Assembly: GCA_964460425.1 (NCBI GenBank)
Contig: CAYWRR010000001.1
Coordinates: forward strand, 1 to 40,045
DNA from: an uncultured Nitrososphaera sp.
GTDB lineage: Archaea > Thermoproteota > Nitrososphaeria > Nitrososphaerales > Nitrososphaeraceae
DNA length: 40,045 nucleotides
Reading direction: 5' to 3'
Positions 8,929 to 18,694 of the stretch are shown one piece after another; positions within the stretch are counted from its first letter, which is position 1, and each line of letters begins with the position of its first letter. The notes beneath the pieces were generated by a model. The model made no database searches. It saw only the letters and a program-made list of their open reading frames with translations, and was not told where the DNA came from. The translations under genes were made by a program, and so were the position numbers.

Positions 8929-10311
8929 ATGAAGAACCGCAGCAAGACCCATGCAGTCTCAGCTAACAAGAACAACAACACTGATCCAGATCTTGCAAGA
9001 AGAGTCAGATCAGGCGAATTTAGAGTCGCGGTTTATGGCCTTGGACATGTAGGTTCCCCTCTTGCTTCTTCATGGTTGCGAGCTGGTGCTCATGTGATAG
9101 GCATAGATACCTCCTCTGAAGTGCTTGAAAATGCAAGGAAGGGGAGGACACACATCTATGAGCCTGGAGTAAATGAGGCCTTTTTAAAGGGGCTCAAGGA
9201 AAAGCGGTTTTTCGTCTACGGCGACCCCCTCAAGGGTTCCCAAGACAGCCATTTTAAGTTGATATGCGTACCAGTACTGCTTACTGATTCATTTTCTGCA
9301 GACCTTTCAGCAGTAAAGCAAGTGGCGACTGCCATCGGTCAAGGCCTGAAGAAAGGGGATGTTGTTTCACTCAATCCAAGTGTGCCACCTGGCACAACTG
9401 AAGATATTATCCTCCCGATCTTGGAGGAAGAGAGTGCGCTGAAGGTTGAACGGGATTTTTACATGGTATATAATCCGGAGCGCATCTATGAAGGCAGGGC
9501 GATTGAAGATATTGAAGAGAGATATCCCGCAATCGTGGCAGGCGCAGGCGCCAAGAGCTTAGAAATTGGTGCCAAGCTCTATTCTTTGGTGGCCAAGAAG
9601 GGCGTAATAAGGATGGGTAACATCAGGACTGCCGAGACTGAAAAGCTCCTAGAAGGAGTCTATCGAGACGTCAACATTGCGCTTGCAAACGAAGTAGCTA
9701 AATTCTGCGAAAAAGCAGGTGTTGACTTTTGGGAGGCAAGAGAAGCTGCCAATTCTCAGCCTTTCTGCCACATACACAAGCCGGGAGTCGGTGTAGGGGG
9801 TGCATGCATACCCGTTTATCCTCAATTCATACTCCATGCTGCAAGAAAAAGTGGAGTAGAGTGTAGGATCATAAGCATTGGAAGGAATATTAACGATGCA
9901 ATGCCTGCCTATTGCGTAGAGCGGGCAATGAAATTGATTGATAGATCCGATGTCTCAAAGTGTATCGTAGCATTACTTGGACTGGGTTTCAGGGGTGGCG
10001 TATCAGACACGCGTCTGTCGCCCACTTACAAGGTCATTGAAGAGCTGAAGAAGTTGAGGGTGAAAGAGATCCGCGTGCATGACCCACTTGTGACAAGAGA
10101 CCCTAATCTACCTGCAGATATAATGCTAACATCGGACTTGTCAAGAGTGGCAAAGAAAGCAGATCTTGTGATGTTGATTTCAGACCATGCAGAATATCAC
10201 AACATTATAAATGAAAAGCTCAACGGTGCATCGGTATACGATGGCCGTGGGATCCTTGACAGATCGCGCTTTCCTGCCCGCAGATTTGCATCAATAGGTA
10301 GACCTAGTTAG
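8929..10311 (+). CDS. Nucleotide-sugar dehydrogenase (UDP-ManNAc/UDP-GlcNAc dehydrogenase family)
   Basis: Rossmann GLGHVG, PERIYEG, AETEKLLEGVYRDVNIALANE and catalytic GVGGACIP. Confidence 0.93.
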   Translation: MKNRSKTHAVSANKNNNTDPDLARRVRSGEFRVAVYGLGHVGSPLASSWLRAGAHVIGIDTSSEVLENARKGRTHIYEPGVNEAFLKGLKEKRFFVYGDPLKGSQDSHFKLICVPVLLTDSFSADLSAVKQVATAIGQGLKKGDVVSLNPSVPPGTTEDIILPILEEESALKVERDFYMVYNPERIYEGRAIEDIEERYPAIVAGAGAKSLEIGAKLYSLVAKKGVIRMGNIRTAETEKLLEGVYRDVNIALANEVAKFCEKAGVDFWEAREAANSQPFCHIHKPGVGVGGACIPVYPQFILHAARKSGVECRIISIGRNINDAMPAYCVERAMKLIDRSDVSKCIVALLGLGFRGGVSDTRLSPTYKVIEELKKLRVKEIRVHDPLVTRDPNLPADIMLTSDLSRVAKKADLVMLISDHAEYHNIINEKLNGASVYDGRGILDRSRFPARRFASIGRPS

Positions 10312-10345
10312 ATTTAATACTGCCTAAAAAAGGATTTCATTATAT

Positions 10346-11389
10346 TTGGCTGACAATAGAGATCTTTTGCTAACGGTTGCGTGGAAAAATAATTCTGTAG
10401 TGCTCATCGATCAGACAAAGCTTCCAAACAAGCTAGTGTACGTGAGATGTAAAAGCTACAAGGAAGTAGCAGATATGATCAGAAAACTTGTAGTAAGGGG
10501 TGCACCAGCGATAGGCGCAAGTGCTGCGTTCGGTCTTGCCCTAGCTGCCCGGCAGAGCAATGCCAAGACATTACCTGAATTAATGACAGATCTCGACAAT
10601 GCATTTAAGGTACTCCAGGCGACGCGACCAACTGCCGTTAACCTCTTCTGGGCGTTAGAGCGGGTGATGGGAAAGGGCATGCGTGCCAAGACAGTACAAG
10701 AAGCAAAAAGAGCCATGCTTAATGAAGCACTCAGGATGTCGGAAGAGGACATTGAAACCAACAGGAAAATCGGAGCACATGGCCTCAAGCTGTTAAAAGA
10801 CGGCGATATTGTGCTTACCCACTGTAATGCCGGCTCGCTTGCGACAGTTGCCTATGGTACTGCCCTAGGTGTCATAAGGGCTGCTAGGGAATCTGGCAAA
10901 CGCCTGAGCGTGATTGCCACAGAAACGCGCCCAGTGATGCAGGGTTCTCGTCTCACTGCCTTTGAGCTCTTACATGATGGCATCGATGTCAGCCTAATAA
11001 CCGATACCGCTGTTGGCCACATGATGTCGATGGGCGCAATCAACCACGTTATCGTAGGCGCCGATAGAGTGCTTCGCACCGGCCATGTGTTCAATAAGAT
11101 CGGGACATACCAGGTGGCAATTCTTGCCAACAAACATAATGTACCATTTTACGTAGCAGCCCCTTTGTCAACATTTGATTTTGAAAGTACTCCGGATGAT
11201 GTGATAATTGAAGACAGATCCGTGGATGAAGTGGTCAAGGTAGGCAAGAAGAGGATTGCACCCAAGGGAGTAAGGGTCTTTAACCCTGCCTTTGACATGA
11301 CACCACCGGAGCTTATCACAGGTATCATTACTCAGGAAGGCGTACTTAAGCCGCCCTTTGAGAAGAATCTTAAATCCTTGCTTGGCTGA
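10346..11389 (+). CDS. mtnA: S-methyl-5-thioribose-1-phosphate isomerase (eIF-2B family)
   Basis: VRGAPAIG, TRPTAVNL, LTHCNAGSLATV.YGTALG, ETRP..QG.RLT, NKIGTY and NPAFD.TP motifs. Confidence 0.92.
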   Translation: MADNRDLLLTVAWKNNSVVLIDQTKLPNKLVYVRCKSYKEVADMIRKLVVRGAPAIGASAAFGLALAARQSNAKTLPELMTDLDNAFKVLQATRPTAVNLFWALERVMGKGMRAKTVQEAKRAMLNEALRMSEEDIETNRKIGAHGLKLLKDGDIVLTHCNAGSLATVAYGTALGVIRAARESGKRLSVIATETRPVMQGSRLTAFELLHDGIDVSLITDTAVGHMMSMGAINHVIVGADRVLRTGHVFNKIGTYQVAILANKHNVPFYVAAPLSTFDFESTPDDVIIEDRSVDEVVKVGKKRIAPKGVRVFNPAFDMTPPELITGIITQEGVLKPPFEKNLKSLLG

Positions 11390-11440
11390 TAAAGTTTTTA
11401 TCATGTCTTGTCTAAACTCTACATAAGAGGAGGTAGAGCC

Positions 11441-12043
11441 ATGTCGACACAGCAAACAGTTACCGAAGAGCAAGTTTATGCAGCATTGAAAAAGTGCATG
11501 GACCCGGAGATACCTGTCAATGTAGTGGACCTTGGACTAATTTATGGAGTCAAGGTTGCTGGCGGTAAAGATGTAGACATCAAGATGACAATGACTACCA
11601 GAGGCTGTCCGCTTCATGATACCTTAGTAAGTGATGTAAAGCACTACGTAGGAAAGGTAAACGGGGTAGGCAATATCAATGTCAACATAGTATGGGATCC
11701 TCCTTGGAGCCTTGAAAAAATGAATCAGGATGTGCGAGAGAAGCTTGGCTTCGGAGAGCCAAAGCTACGATTCCAGATTGACTATGAAAAGAGCAAGCCT
11801 CTAAAAATGGGCGGATTTTCAAAGCAGAATGACGGATCGCTGATACTTGCAAACAATAACGATCAGGGGTTCATGGTTAACGAAGCAATCGTAGAATTTT
11901 GGAACGCGTGCGATGGGACCAAGACCATCAATCAGATCACCGACCAATTTTCAGCCAAGCTTGGCTTGCCAAGGCAGCAGGTCGAGCAAGAAGCTGTTCA
12001 GCTTCTGCAGCAGTTGCTTGAGGCTGAGCTTCTCAAGGCTTAA
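11441..12043 (+). CDS. DUF59/SufT Fe-S maturation domain fused to a PqqD/RRE-like domain
   Basis: N-terminal DPEIPVNVVDLGLIY..MTMTTRGCP..VWDPPWS; C-terminal VNEAIVEFWNACDGTKTINQI...LQQLLEAELL winged-helix pattern; ATG 11441 follows GAGGAGG. Confidence 0.85.
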   Translation: MSTQQTVTEEQVYAALKKCMDPEIPVNVVDLGLIYGVKVAGGKDVDIKMTMTTRGCPLHDTLVSDVKHYVGKVNGVGNINVNIVWDPPWSLEKMNQDVREKLGFGEPKLRFQIDYEKSKPLKMGGFSKQNDGSLILANNNDQGFMVNEAIVEFWNACDGTKTINQITDQFSAKLGLPRQQVEQEAVQLLQQLLEAELLKA

Positions 12044-12045
12044 CA

Positions 12046-12612
12046 TTGGAGGATAGATCTTTCTTTTTTTATTCTAGGCTAGTTGTAGAACTTGGCATGG
12101 GTGATGGTACACTTCTTGAAACCCTTGCTAAGCGCGATTGCAATTCGATGTATATTGGGATAGAGCTTGACAATGAACAGTGCATACAGGCGCGGTCAAG
12201 AATCAATCTTTCCAACGTTGTTATCATGAACAGGTCTTTTGAAGACCTTGTCCCTACATTCCAAGATGAATCTATTGATCAATTCATAGCAGTGCTGCCT
12301 GACCCAGCATTCATTGATGAGAAAAGGAAAGAGCAATGGAAGCCATTCTACAAATCTGTGTACTACAAGCTAAAGAAAGGGGGACGGCTCCAGCTTGTTA
12401 CAGAATTAACTGACGAGTTATTGCGGCCTGTAAGCGATGATCGGTATTCAACATGGGCTGATTGGCTTAGGTCTTGTTTCATCTCGCTTGGATTTACACC
12501 ATCAGGTCAGCAGGAAGGTGCACCAATACAATATGTGTCGCGCTGCATCAAACAATTCAGTGGAGACCCCGAGCGCATACGTATGATTACCCTTGATCTG
12601 CTCAAGCGGTGA
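12046..12612 (+). CDS. Class I SAM-dependent methyltransferase (TrmB-like)
   Basis: VVELGMGDG, YIGIELD, LPDP and LKKGGRL motifs. Confidence 0.8.
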   Translation: MEDRSFFFYSRLVVELGMGDGTLLETLAKRDCNSMYIGIELDNEQCIQARSRINLSNVVIMNRSFEDLVPTFQDESIDQFIAVLPDPAFIDEKRKEQWKPFYKSVYYKLKKGGRLQLVTELTDELLRPVSDDRYSTWADWLRSCFISLGFTPSGQQEGAPIQYVSRCIKQFSGDPERIRMITLDLLKR

Positions 12613-13005
12613 TGAAAATTCAGGTACTGCCGCGTCTTAACTCTCATCTAACATGCTAAAGATAGATTATAGTGGGATGCCACCATAAGTTGTAATGGGG
12701 AATTCTAATTTTTTGTGATCGTACTTCTTTGTCTACTTTCTTGCTGTTCCTTGCTGCGCCGCTGGAAATACACGCATACTGAGGCTGGATATAGCCTATC
12801 GTCAGACAACAACAAAACTACTTATTACTTACATCTATAATGGTGCAAAAAATATGTATCAATACTACAGGTGATTGGGAAGTAAGTTGACAGACCTTTT
12901 AATAATATGACCTGGTTATGAAGAATTGTTAGTACAGACCTGCGTTCTTGCAATAGAGTGGATTGCCCCAGCCATACAAATGCCCCTGAGAACAACAGGC
13001 TAAAT

Positions 13006-13425
13006 TTACGCTGAATCGTGTCTGACTTTATGACGGAGTACAAGATGATTTGCCATGCACTCCCTTGAGCAAAACTCAGCCCTGCAGCCCTCATGCATGC
13101 AGGGTACTGGCTCGAGGTCATTGAACCTCTTGTTACAGTAAGTGCAAAGTGTTTCAAGTTCAGGAACATCGTAGTTAAGAAATGGTTCGCAGGAACGCTT
13201 TTCGCGGAACCACATCACTTCCATGTTCGTATTTTCAGCATACGTTAGAACACTATCATAAGCTTCGTAAAAACCGGCCGCATAGAATTGACGAATAAAT
13301 ATAGAGCCATTTAAATGCTTTTTTGAGGCCAGATTCCGATAGCAGACAAGCCACTTTTCTAAAGGTATGTCATCATCAGATGCTATATTTTTCCTGTCGG
13401 CCGTGACCTTTTCATGATATTTCAT
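13006..13425 (-). CDS. Hypothetical protein with C-terminal Cys/His-rich Zn-binding region
   Basis: CTYC...CMHEGCRAEFCSRECMANHLVLRH. Confidence 0.7.
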   Translation of the reverse strand: MKYHEKVTADRKNIASDDDIPLEKWLVCYRNLASKKHLNGSIFIRQFYAAGFYEAYDSVLTYAENTNMEVMWFREKRSCEPFLNYDVPELETLCTYCNKRFNDLEPVPCMHEGCRAEFCSRECMANHLVLRHKVRHDSA

Positions 13426-13585
13426 GCATGGTGTATTTTAATTTCTTTCGATCCTATTAGATTATCAATTTTTTGCATCAGATAAGTATTATACAAAAGG
13501 AGCTTCTATTATTTTAGATGAAATTAGAGGTTATCATTAAAAATTTTTCATCCTTGCTAAATGAATAGCAAATGCGTCTGTGAAT

Positions 13586-15058
13586 CTAGCGCAATCCAAG
13601 TGCCTTATGCAGATAATGATGTATGTCGGCTATGTTGATTCTTTCCTGCTGCATTGTGTCCCTGTGTCTTATCGTTACAGTATCATCCTGCATTGTAGCT
13701 TTGTCTATGGTTATAGCAAATGGTGTCCCTATCTCCTCAAGCCTGCGGTAGCGCCTGCCGATAGACCCCGATTCATCGTAAAAGGTGTCAAAGTCATATT
13801 TTAGCTCAGAATTGATATGGCGCGCTTTTTGGTCAAGTCCGTCTTTGGTCATTAGCGGTAATATACCGACTAGAATTGGTGCGAGGTGAGGCTTTAGGCG
13901 AAGAACTACTCTATCATCGTGCTGCTCATCTTCATAGTAACAGTGTTCTAAGATTGCATAGATGCTTCTGTCTATTCCCATCGAGAGCTCAAACACATGC
14001 GGCAGTACCTTGTCTTGGGTTGCAGAGTCCAATACTTCGAGGTTCTGCTTGCTTGTGATCGCATGCCCCTTTAGGTCATAGTCAGATCGGTAGTTACATG
14101 CCACAAGCTCGAGCCATCCAATGCTGGTCTCGACCTCAAAGTCAAATGCAGCAGAGGCATAGAAAGCTTTTTCATCGACTGATAGGTTCCTGAATCGGCT
14201 ACGTTTTACATCTATGCCTGTCTTGTCATAAAATTCCACTAGAAGTGCCAGGTAGTATGTGATAAGCTTATTCGGTGTCAATCCTTTACTGATTGCCTCC
14301 TCTGCAGTTATTTCAATTATCGACGATCCATCCGTTAGTCGAAGTACCGTATTCTTTACTTCTTCGAACTTTGGCATCTCATTCAGTCTGTCTGGGTTGC
14401 AAAAGACCTCTATCTCTGCTTGGTAAAACTCCCTTAAGCGCAGAAGGCTCTGCCTTGGTGCAATCTCGTTTCTGAAACTCTTGCCTACCTGTGCTATACC
14501 AAGTGGAAGACGACCCCTCATTGTCTTATATAGACGTGCAAAGTCGACAAATATCGTCTGGCATGTTTCTGGACGGAGGTATGCTTCCTCCGCTGCCGGG
14601 CCAATGCCAACAGAGAACATCATGTTGAACTTACTTACCTCGCCAAACTCGCCATTACAATTTGGGCATCTCAGGTTGTGCTTTTTTATGAGCGCTTTGA
14701 TTTCTTGTTCTGCCATCCTCTCCAGTACGCTCTCACCTGTTTTCTCTGTGACGTAGCGGTCTGCCCGGAACGAAGATCCGCACTTTGTACATTTTACCAC
14801 AGGGTCAGTAAAGTTGCCGATATGACCTGATGCAACAAAGACGCTCTTACTCATTATCTGGCATCCATCAATCTCTAGCATGCCATCACGCCGCACAAGC
14901 TCCCGCCGCCATAGCTCGATAAACTTGTTTTTCATGTTGACGCCTCTCGGCCCGTATTCCCAAAAGCCAGCAGGTGCATCTGAGTAAATCTCGCAACTAG
15001 GAAAATAGAATCCTCGCTCCAGTGCCAATTTCATTACTTCATCATAACTAGCCACCAT
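13586..15058 (-). CDS. glyS: Glycine--tRNA ligase (alpha2, class II)
   Basis: WEYGPRG, YLRPETCQ, GIAQVGKSFRNEIAPRQSLLRLREF.QAEIE and SIGRRYRR anticodon-binding domain. Confidence 0.97.
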   Translation of the reverse strand: MVASYDEVMKLALERGFYFPSCEIYSDAPAGFWEYGPRGVNMKNKFIELWRRELVRRDGMLEIDGCQIMSKSVFVASGHIGNFTDPVVKCTKCGSSFRADRYVTEKTGESVLERMAEQEIKALIKKHNLRCPNCNGEFGEVSKFNMMFSVGIGPAAEEAYLRPETCQTIFVDFARLYKTMRGRLPLGIAQVGKSFRNEIAPRQSLLRLREFYQAEIEVFCNPDRLNEMPKFEEVKNTVLRLTDGSSIIEITAEEAISKGLTPNKLITYYLALLVEFYDKTGIDVKRSRFRNLSVDEKAFYASAAFDFEVETSIGWLELVACNYRSDYDLKGHAITSKQNLEVLDSATQDKVLPHVFELSMGIDRSIYAILEHCYYEDEQHDDRVVLRLKPHLAPILVGILPLMTKDGLDQKARHINSELKYDFDTFYDESGSIGRRYRRLEEIGTPFAITIDKATMQDDTVTIRHRDTMQQERINIADIHHYLHKALGLR

Positions 15059-15175
15059 CTGTAGGGAGCAGACGTGTATGAGAGGCTTTAAATTTATGCC
15101 TATATTTCATGCACAAGAGTATATCATTTATGAAGAATAACATTTTATCTAGGTCACATTCCCCTAGGTTTCAGG

Positions 15176-16357
15176 TTGAAGGTATCAGATAGGACACATG
15201 GGGTAGAGTATGCTATCCGCGACATTATCGCTTATGCGCGCAAATACCAAGCATCTGGCAAGGAGATAATCTACCTTAACATAGGTGATCCTGTCAGGTT
15301 CGACTTCAAGACACCAGATCACATCAAGAGAGCACTTGTAGATGCCGTCGCCCATGATGAGAATTATTACACTGATTCTGAAGGACTACCCGAGCTCCGA
15401 CAAGCAATCATGGAAAAGGAGTCTGAAAAAGGATTCGACGTTGCAGTAGAAGACATCATTGTTACCAACGGAGTATCAGAAGGACTTGACATGACGATGG
15501 CATCTATCGTTGACCCTAGCGCTGAAGTGTTGATGCCTGGTCCATATTATCCTCCATATGCTTCATACGCAAAATTTTATGGCGGTAAGCCTGTTGAATT
15601 CAAGCTTCATGAAGACGGAAGGCCAAACCTTGAAGATCTGCGGAGCAAGATAACCCCACGCTCTAGAGCATTGTGTATCATTAGTCCAAACAACCCCACT
15701 GGTGAAGTCTTCGATCAAAAGAGCCTTCAACAGTTGATAGACATTGCAACCCAACATGATCTTTATGTTATTTGTGATGAAATATACGACAAAATAGTTT
15801 TTGATTCCCATTTCACGGGCATAGGTAAGGTGGCCAAAGATGCCCCTGTCATCTTGCTCAATGGTTTTTCAAAGGCCTATCTGATGACTGGCTGGCGCTG
15901 CGGCTACATCTGTCTGAACAGTATCTCTAGAAAGCTTGGAGGATTGCGTGAGGATATACCCAAGCTTGCAAGAGTGCGGATAGCGGCCAATCTGCCTGTC
16001 CAGATAGCAGCAGTGCAAGCGCTTAGGGGGCCTCAGGCACATATATCTACAATGGTTGATAAGCTTAGAAAAAGACGCGATTATGTGGTCAAGCGCCTCA
16101 ATGCAATGGGCATCCGATGCAAAGTTCCACGTGGGGCATTCTATATTTTCCCACAGATCAACACTAAAGGCCGCTGGAAGGACGATCAGCACTTTGTAAT
16201 CGACCTACTCAATAACACCGGCGTGCTAACTGTGCACGGTTCCGGCTTTGGCTCCACCTATGGTTCAGGTCACTTCAGGATCGTCTATCTGCCGCCAGAA
16301 GAAATGCTTGAAAAAGCAATGGACAAGCTTGAACATTTCTTAAATACCAAATTATGA
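15176..16357 (+). CDS. PLP-dependent aminotransferase class I/II (Ala/Asp aminotransferase-like)
   Basis: LNIGDP, SPNNPTG, DEIYD and GFSKAYLMTGWRCGY motifs. Confidence 0.93.
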   Translation: MKVSDRTHGVEYAIRDIIAYARKYQASGKEIIYLNIGDPVRFDFKTPDHIKRALVDAVAHDENYYTDSEGLPELRQAIMEKESEKGFDVAVEDIIVTNGVSEGLDMTMASIVDPSAEVLMPGPYYPPYASYAKFYGGKPVEFKLHEDGRPNLEDLRSKITPRSRALCIISPNNPTGEVFDQKSLQQLIDIATQHDLYVICDEIYDKIVFDSHFTGIGKVAKDAPVILLNGFSKAYLMTGWRCGYICLNSISRKLGGLREDIPKLARVRIAANLPVQIAAVQALRGPQAHISTMVDKLRKRRDYVVKRLNAMGIRCKVPRGAFYIFPQINTKGRWKDDQHFVIDLLNNTGVLTVHGSGFGSTYGSGHFRIVYLPPEEMLEKAMDKLEHFLNTKL

Positions 16358-16428
16358 GTACAACAATTAGCTCTGGTAGTAAAGAGTTAATTCTTTTGGA
16401 ATACCTTAAACCTTCACCTTTGTCATCT

Positions 16429-16887
16429 TTACTTCGCAAACGCTTTAAGCTTGCCTCTCATCTCCCTGTCTTTAGAAATGGCTGGATGAGATGGGTCTGC
16501 AAGGATGACTTCGTACCAGATGTTCATGCCGTCCTTGTGGAGAAAGTATGAGCCAAGCACTTCAAGATTTGGGAACTTTTCGCCTACTCTTCGCTCAGCA
16601 ACCTTGCGCATGCTGATACCCTGCTTGATGCGAACCACGCCTATGTGTTTAGGTCTTCTGCCTGCAACCGGGCGCTGCTTCCTCATGCCGCCTCTACCCA
16701 CACGAGCTCGGACTATGATGATGCCCTGTTTTGCCTTATAGCCCAATCTCCTAGCTCTGTCAAGCCTGCTAGGTCTCTCTATCCTGTGGATGGTTGGCTC
16801 TCCTCTCCAGGCAACGGCCTTGAATTTGAGCTCATCGACATTCTCCTTCCACATCTGATGCCACGTTTGGGCCATGTAATTGCGCAT
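16429..16887 (-). CDS. rpl15e: 50S ribosomal protein L15e
   Basis: RIERPSRLDRARRLGYKAKQG, RVGRGG, FPNLEVLGSY and YEVILADP.HPAI; start 16887 preferred (upstream TATAAA), 16926 possible. Confidence 0.96.
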   Translation of the reverse strand: MRNYMAQTWHQMWKENVDELKFKAVAWRGEPTIHRIERPSRLDRARRLGYKAKQGIIIVRARVGRGGMRKQRPVAGRRPKHIGVVRIKQGISMRKVAERRVGEKFPNLEVLGSYFLHKDGMNIWYEVILADPSHPAISKDREMRGKLKAFAK

Positions 16888-16922
16888 TATATCACTTCTC
16901 CTGATTTCGGCCCCTTTATATG

Positions 16923-17855
16923 TCATATTACACCACGCAAAATTTGAATGACCTTTTCTGCAATAACTCTAGAGGCAAGCTCTTGTGCTTCCTTTGTCTG
17001 CGCGCCAATGTGCGGTGTGCATACTACGTTTGTCAAATTCATTAGCTGCTTGTTGGTAGGCGGTTCCTCCTCAAATACATCAAGTGCTGCGCCTGCGAGC
17101 TTGCCACTCTTTAGCACTTCGTAAAGTGCATTTTCATCAATTACTTCACCTCTTGAAGTGTTGATTAGGTATGCTGTTGGTTTCATTTTGGCCAGCCTCT
17201 CTGAATTGAACATATGCCTTGTTTCAGGAGTTGTTGGAACATGGCATGATACAAAGTCAGCGCTTTCCAGAAGTGTGTTCAAATCAGTGACTATCATGCC
17301 AGTTTCGCTAATGAATTCCCTATTAATTGGGTATGGATCGTAGCCTATTAGGTTCATCCGTAGTGCTTTTGCCGTCCTACCGATGTTGCGCCCGATGTTT
17401 CCAACACCCACAATGCCAAGGTACTTGCCAGACAATTGTGTGCCCATTAGGTCTTTTTTGATCCAGTTGCCGCGTTTGGTCTCTGCATCTGCCTTTGGTA
17501 TGCTCCTTGCAAGAGATATCATGAGTCCGATAACAAGCTCGGCCACTGCTATAGAAGCAGACTCAGGCGCATTAATTACTCTAATATTTTTCATTTCAGC
17601 AGCCTTGATATCAACGTTGTCAAGTCCTACGCCTACGCGGGCAATTATCTTGGTTTGGACGGCGGCATCCACGACTTCCCTAGTAACCTTCGTTCTGCTT
17701 CTTACGACTAGAACATCATAATCCTTAACTGATGACACCAGCTCTTCTGGCGTGATGTCTGGTTTATAGTGGACTGTGAGCCCTGCGAGCTTCATGCTAT
17801 CGATCCCGACCTGATCAATAGAGTCACAGATTAGCACATTGCCGCTGACTTGCAC
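16923..17855 (-). CDS. serA: D-3-phosphoglycerate dehydrogenase / D-2-hydroxyacid dehydrogenase
   Basis: VVRSRTKV, ARVGVGLDNVD, GVGNIG, INTSRG, ALDVFEEEP and TPHIGAQT.EAQ; no ACT domain. Confidence 0.85.
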   Translation of the reverse strand: MQVSGNVLICDSIDQVGIDSMKLAGLTVHYKPDITPEELVSSVKDYDVLVVRSRTKVTREVVDAAVQTKIIARVGVGLDNVDIKAAEMKNIRVINAPESASIAVAELVIGLMISLARSIPKADAETKRGNWIKKDLMGTQLSGKYLGIVGVGNIGRNIGRTAKALRMNLIGYDPYPINREFISETGMIVTDLNTLLESADFVSCHVPTTPETRHMFNSERLAKMKPTAYLINTSRGEVIDENALYEVLKSGKLAGAALDVFEEEPPTNKQLMNLTNVVCTPHIGAQTKEAQELASRVIAEKVIQILRGVI

Positions 17856-18228
17856 GGAGCTTGAGAATTTTAGTGCTAATATATTGTTTGTTACCTGTGA
17901 ATATTAGTAATCATTTCCTGTCAAAGATTCGTTATTTTTTCAAAAATATAACTATGGTAATTATTAGCTTTTATTATAGCGAGTTTTTATTCTGTTGGTC
18001 AGACCATGTTTAACTTTTAAATATTCATAAAGGGAAATGCCTCTGCTCAACCAAGCAAAATCTTCTGCCGCCGTCAGATAATGGTACATTCAATGTCAAG
18101 TTATTTTTCACTTTCCAATCCAGATCATCAATCATAAAGGGGATCCATTACTTAATTGTACTCTTGGTCTGATTTTTGGTGAACTCTTAAAACTAGAGCT
18201 GTGAAGTACTGCTAGAAGTGGGAGGCTT

Positions 18229-18633
18229 ATGACGGCCAACAACAAACCTGCCAGCTACATCGTACGAATACAAAGAGATGAACTTGAAAGACAACTCTAT
18301 GGCCAACGCATACTCTATATCAGCATAAAACGCAACTGGCTGCGAAATACAAATTTGCTGTTTATCAAAAAGGCCGCATTTATTGGCTCGGGCACAATTA
18401 ATAGGTTCATTTCCATGAGCGAACTAGTAGAAGATGAGAAAAAGATATGCCTTGCAAACAACTATTATGGCAAGATTGAGCTTGCCAAACTGGCGCGGTT
18501 TTATCCTGCACTAGTAGTAGAAGATACACCTATCGGAGCGCAGAACCTCTTAGCACTACACGGTGCCAGCGTGCCACGCTCTGATGTCCTACAGATTGAG
18601 CGGCTAGTAAAGTCTAAGTTAATAATACTGTGA
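18229..18633 (+). CDS. Hypothetical protein
   Basis: 134-aa ORF with a GGAGG SD-like motif, co-oriented upstream of fumC. Confidence 0.65.
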   Translation: MTANNKPASYIVRIQRDELERQLYGQRILYISIKRNWLRNTNLLFIKKAAFIGSGTINRFISMSELVEDEKKICLANNYYGKIELAKLARFYPALVVEDTPIGAQNLLALHGASVPRSDVLQIERLVKSKLIIL

Positions 18634-18694
18634 AAGATGTTTTTTGTCGATTAATTTATTACAGCCGCTCCTTTAGTATCTTGCGCATTTGGCG

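Noticed and set aside
12613-13169. Intergenic region and the 114-aa ORF 12825-13169
   Set aside because: The ORF overlaps the Zn-finger gene out of frame and has no recognisable motif; no RNA structure found
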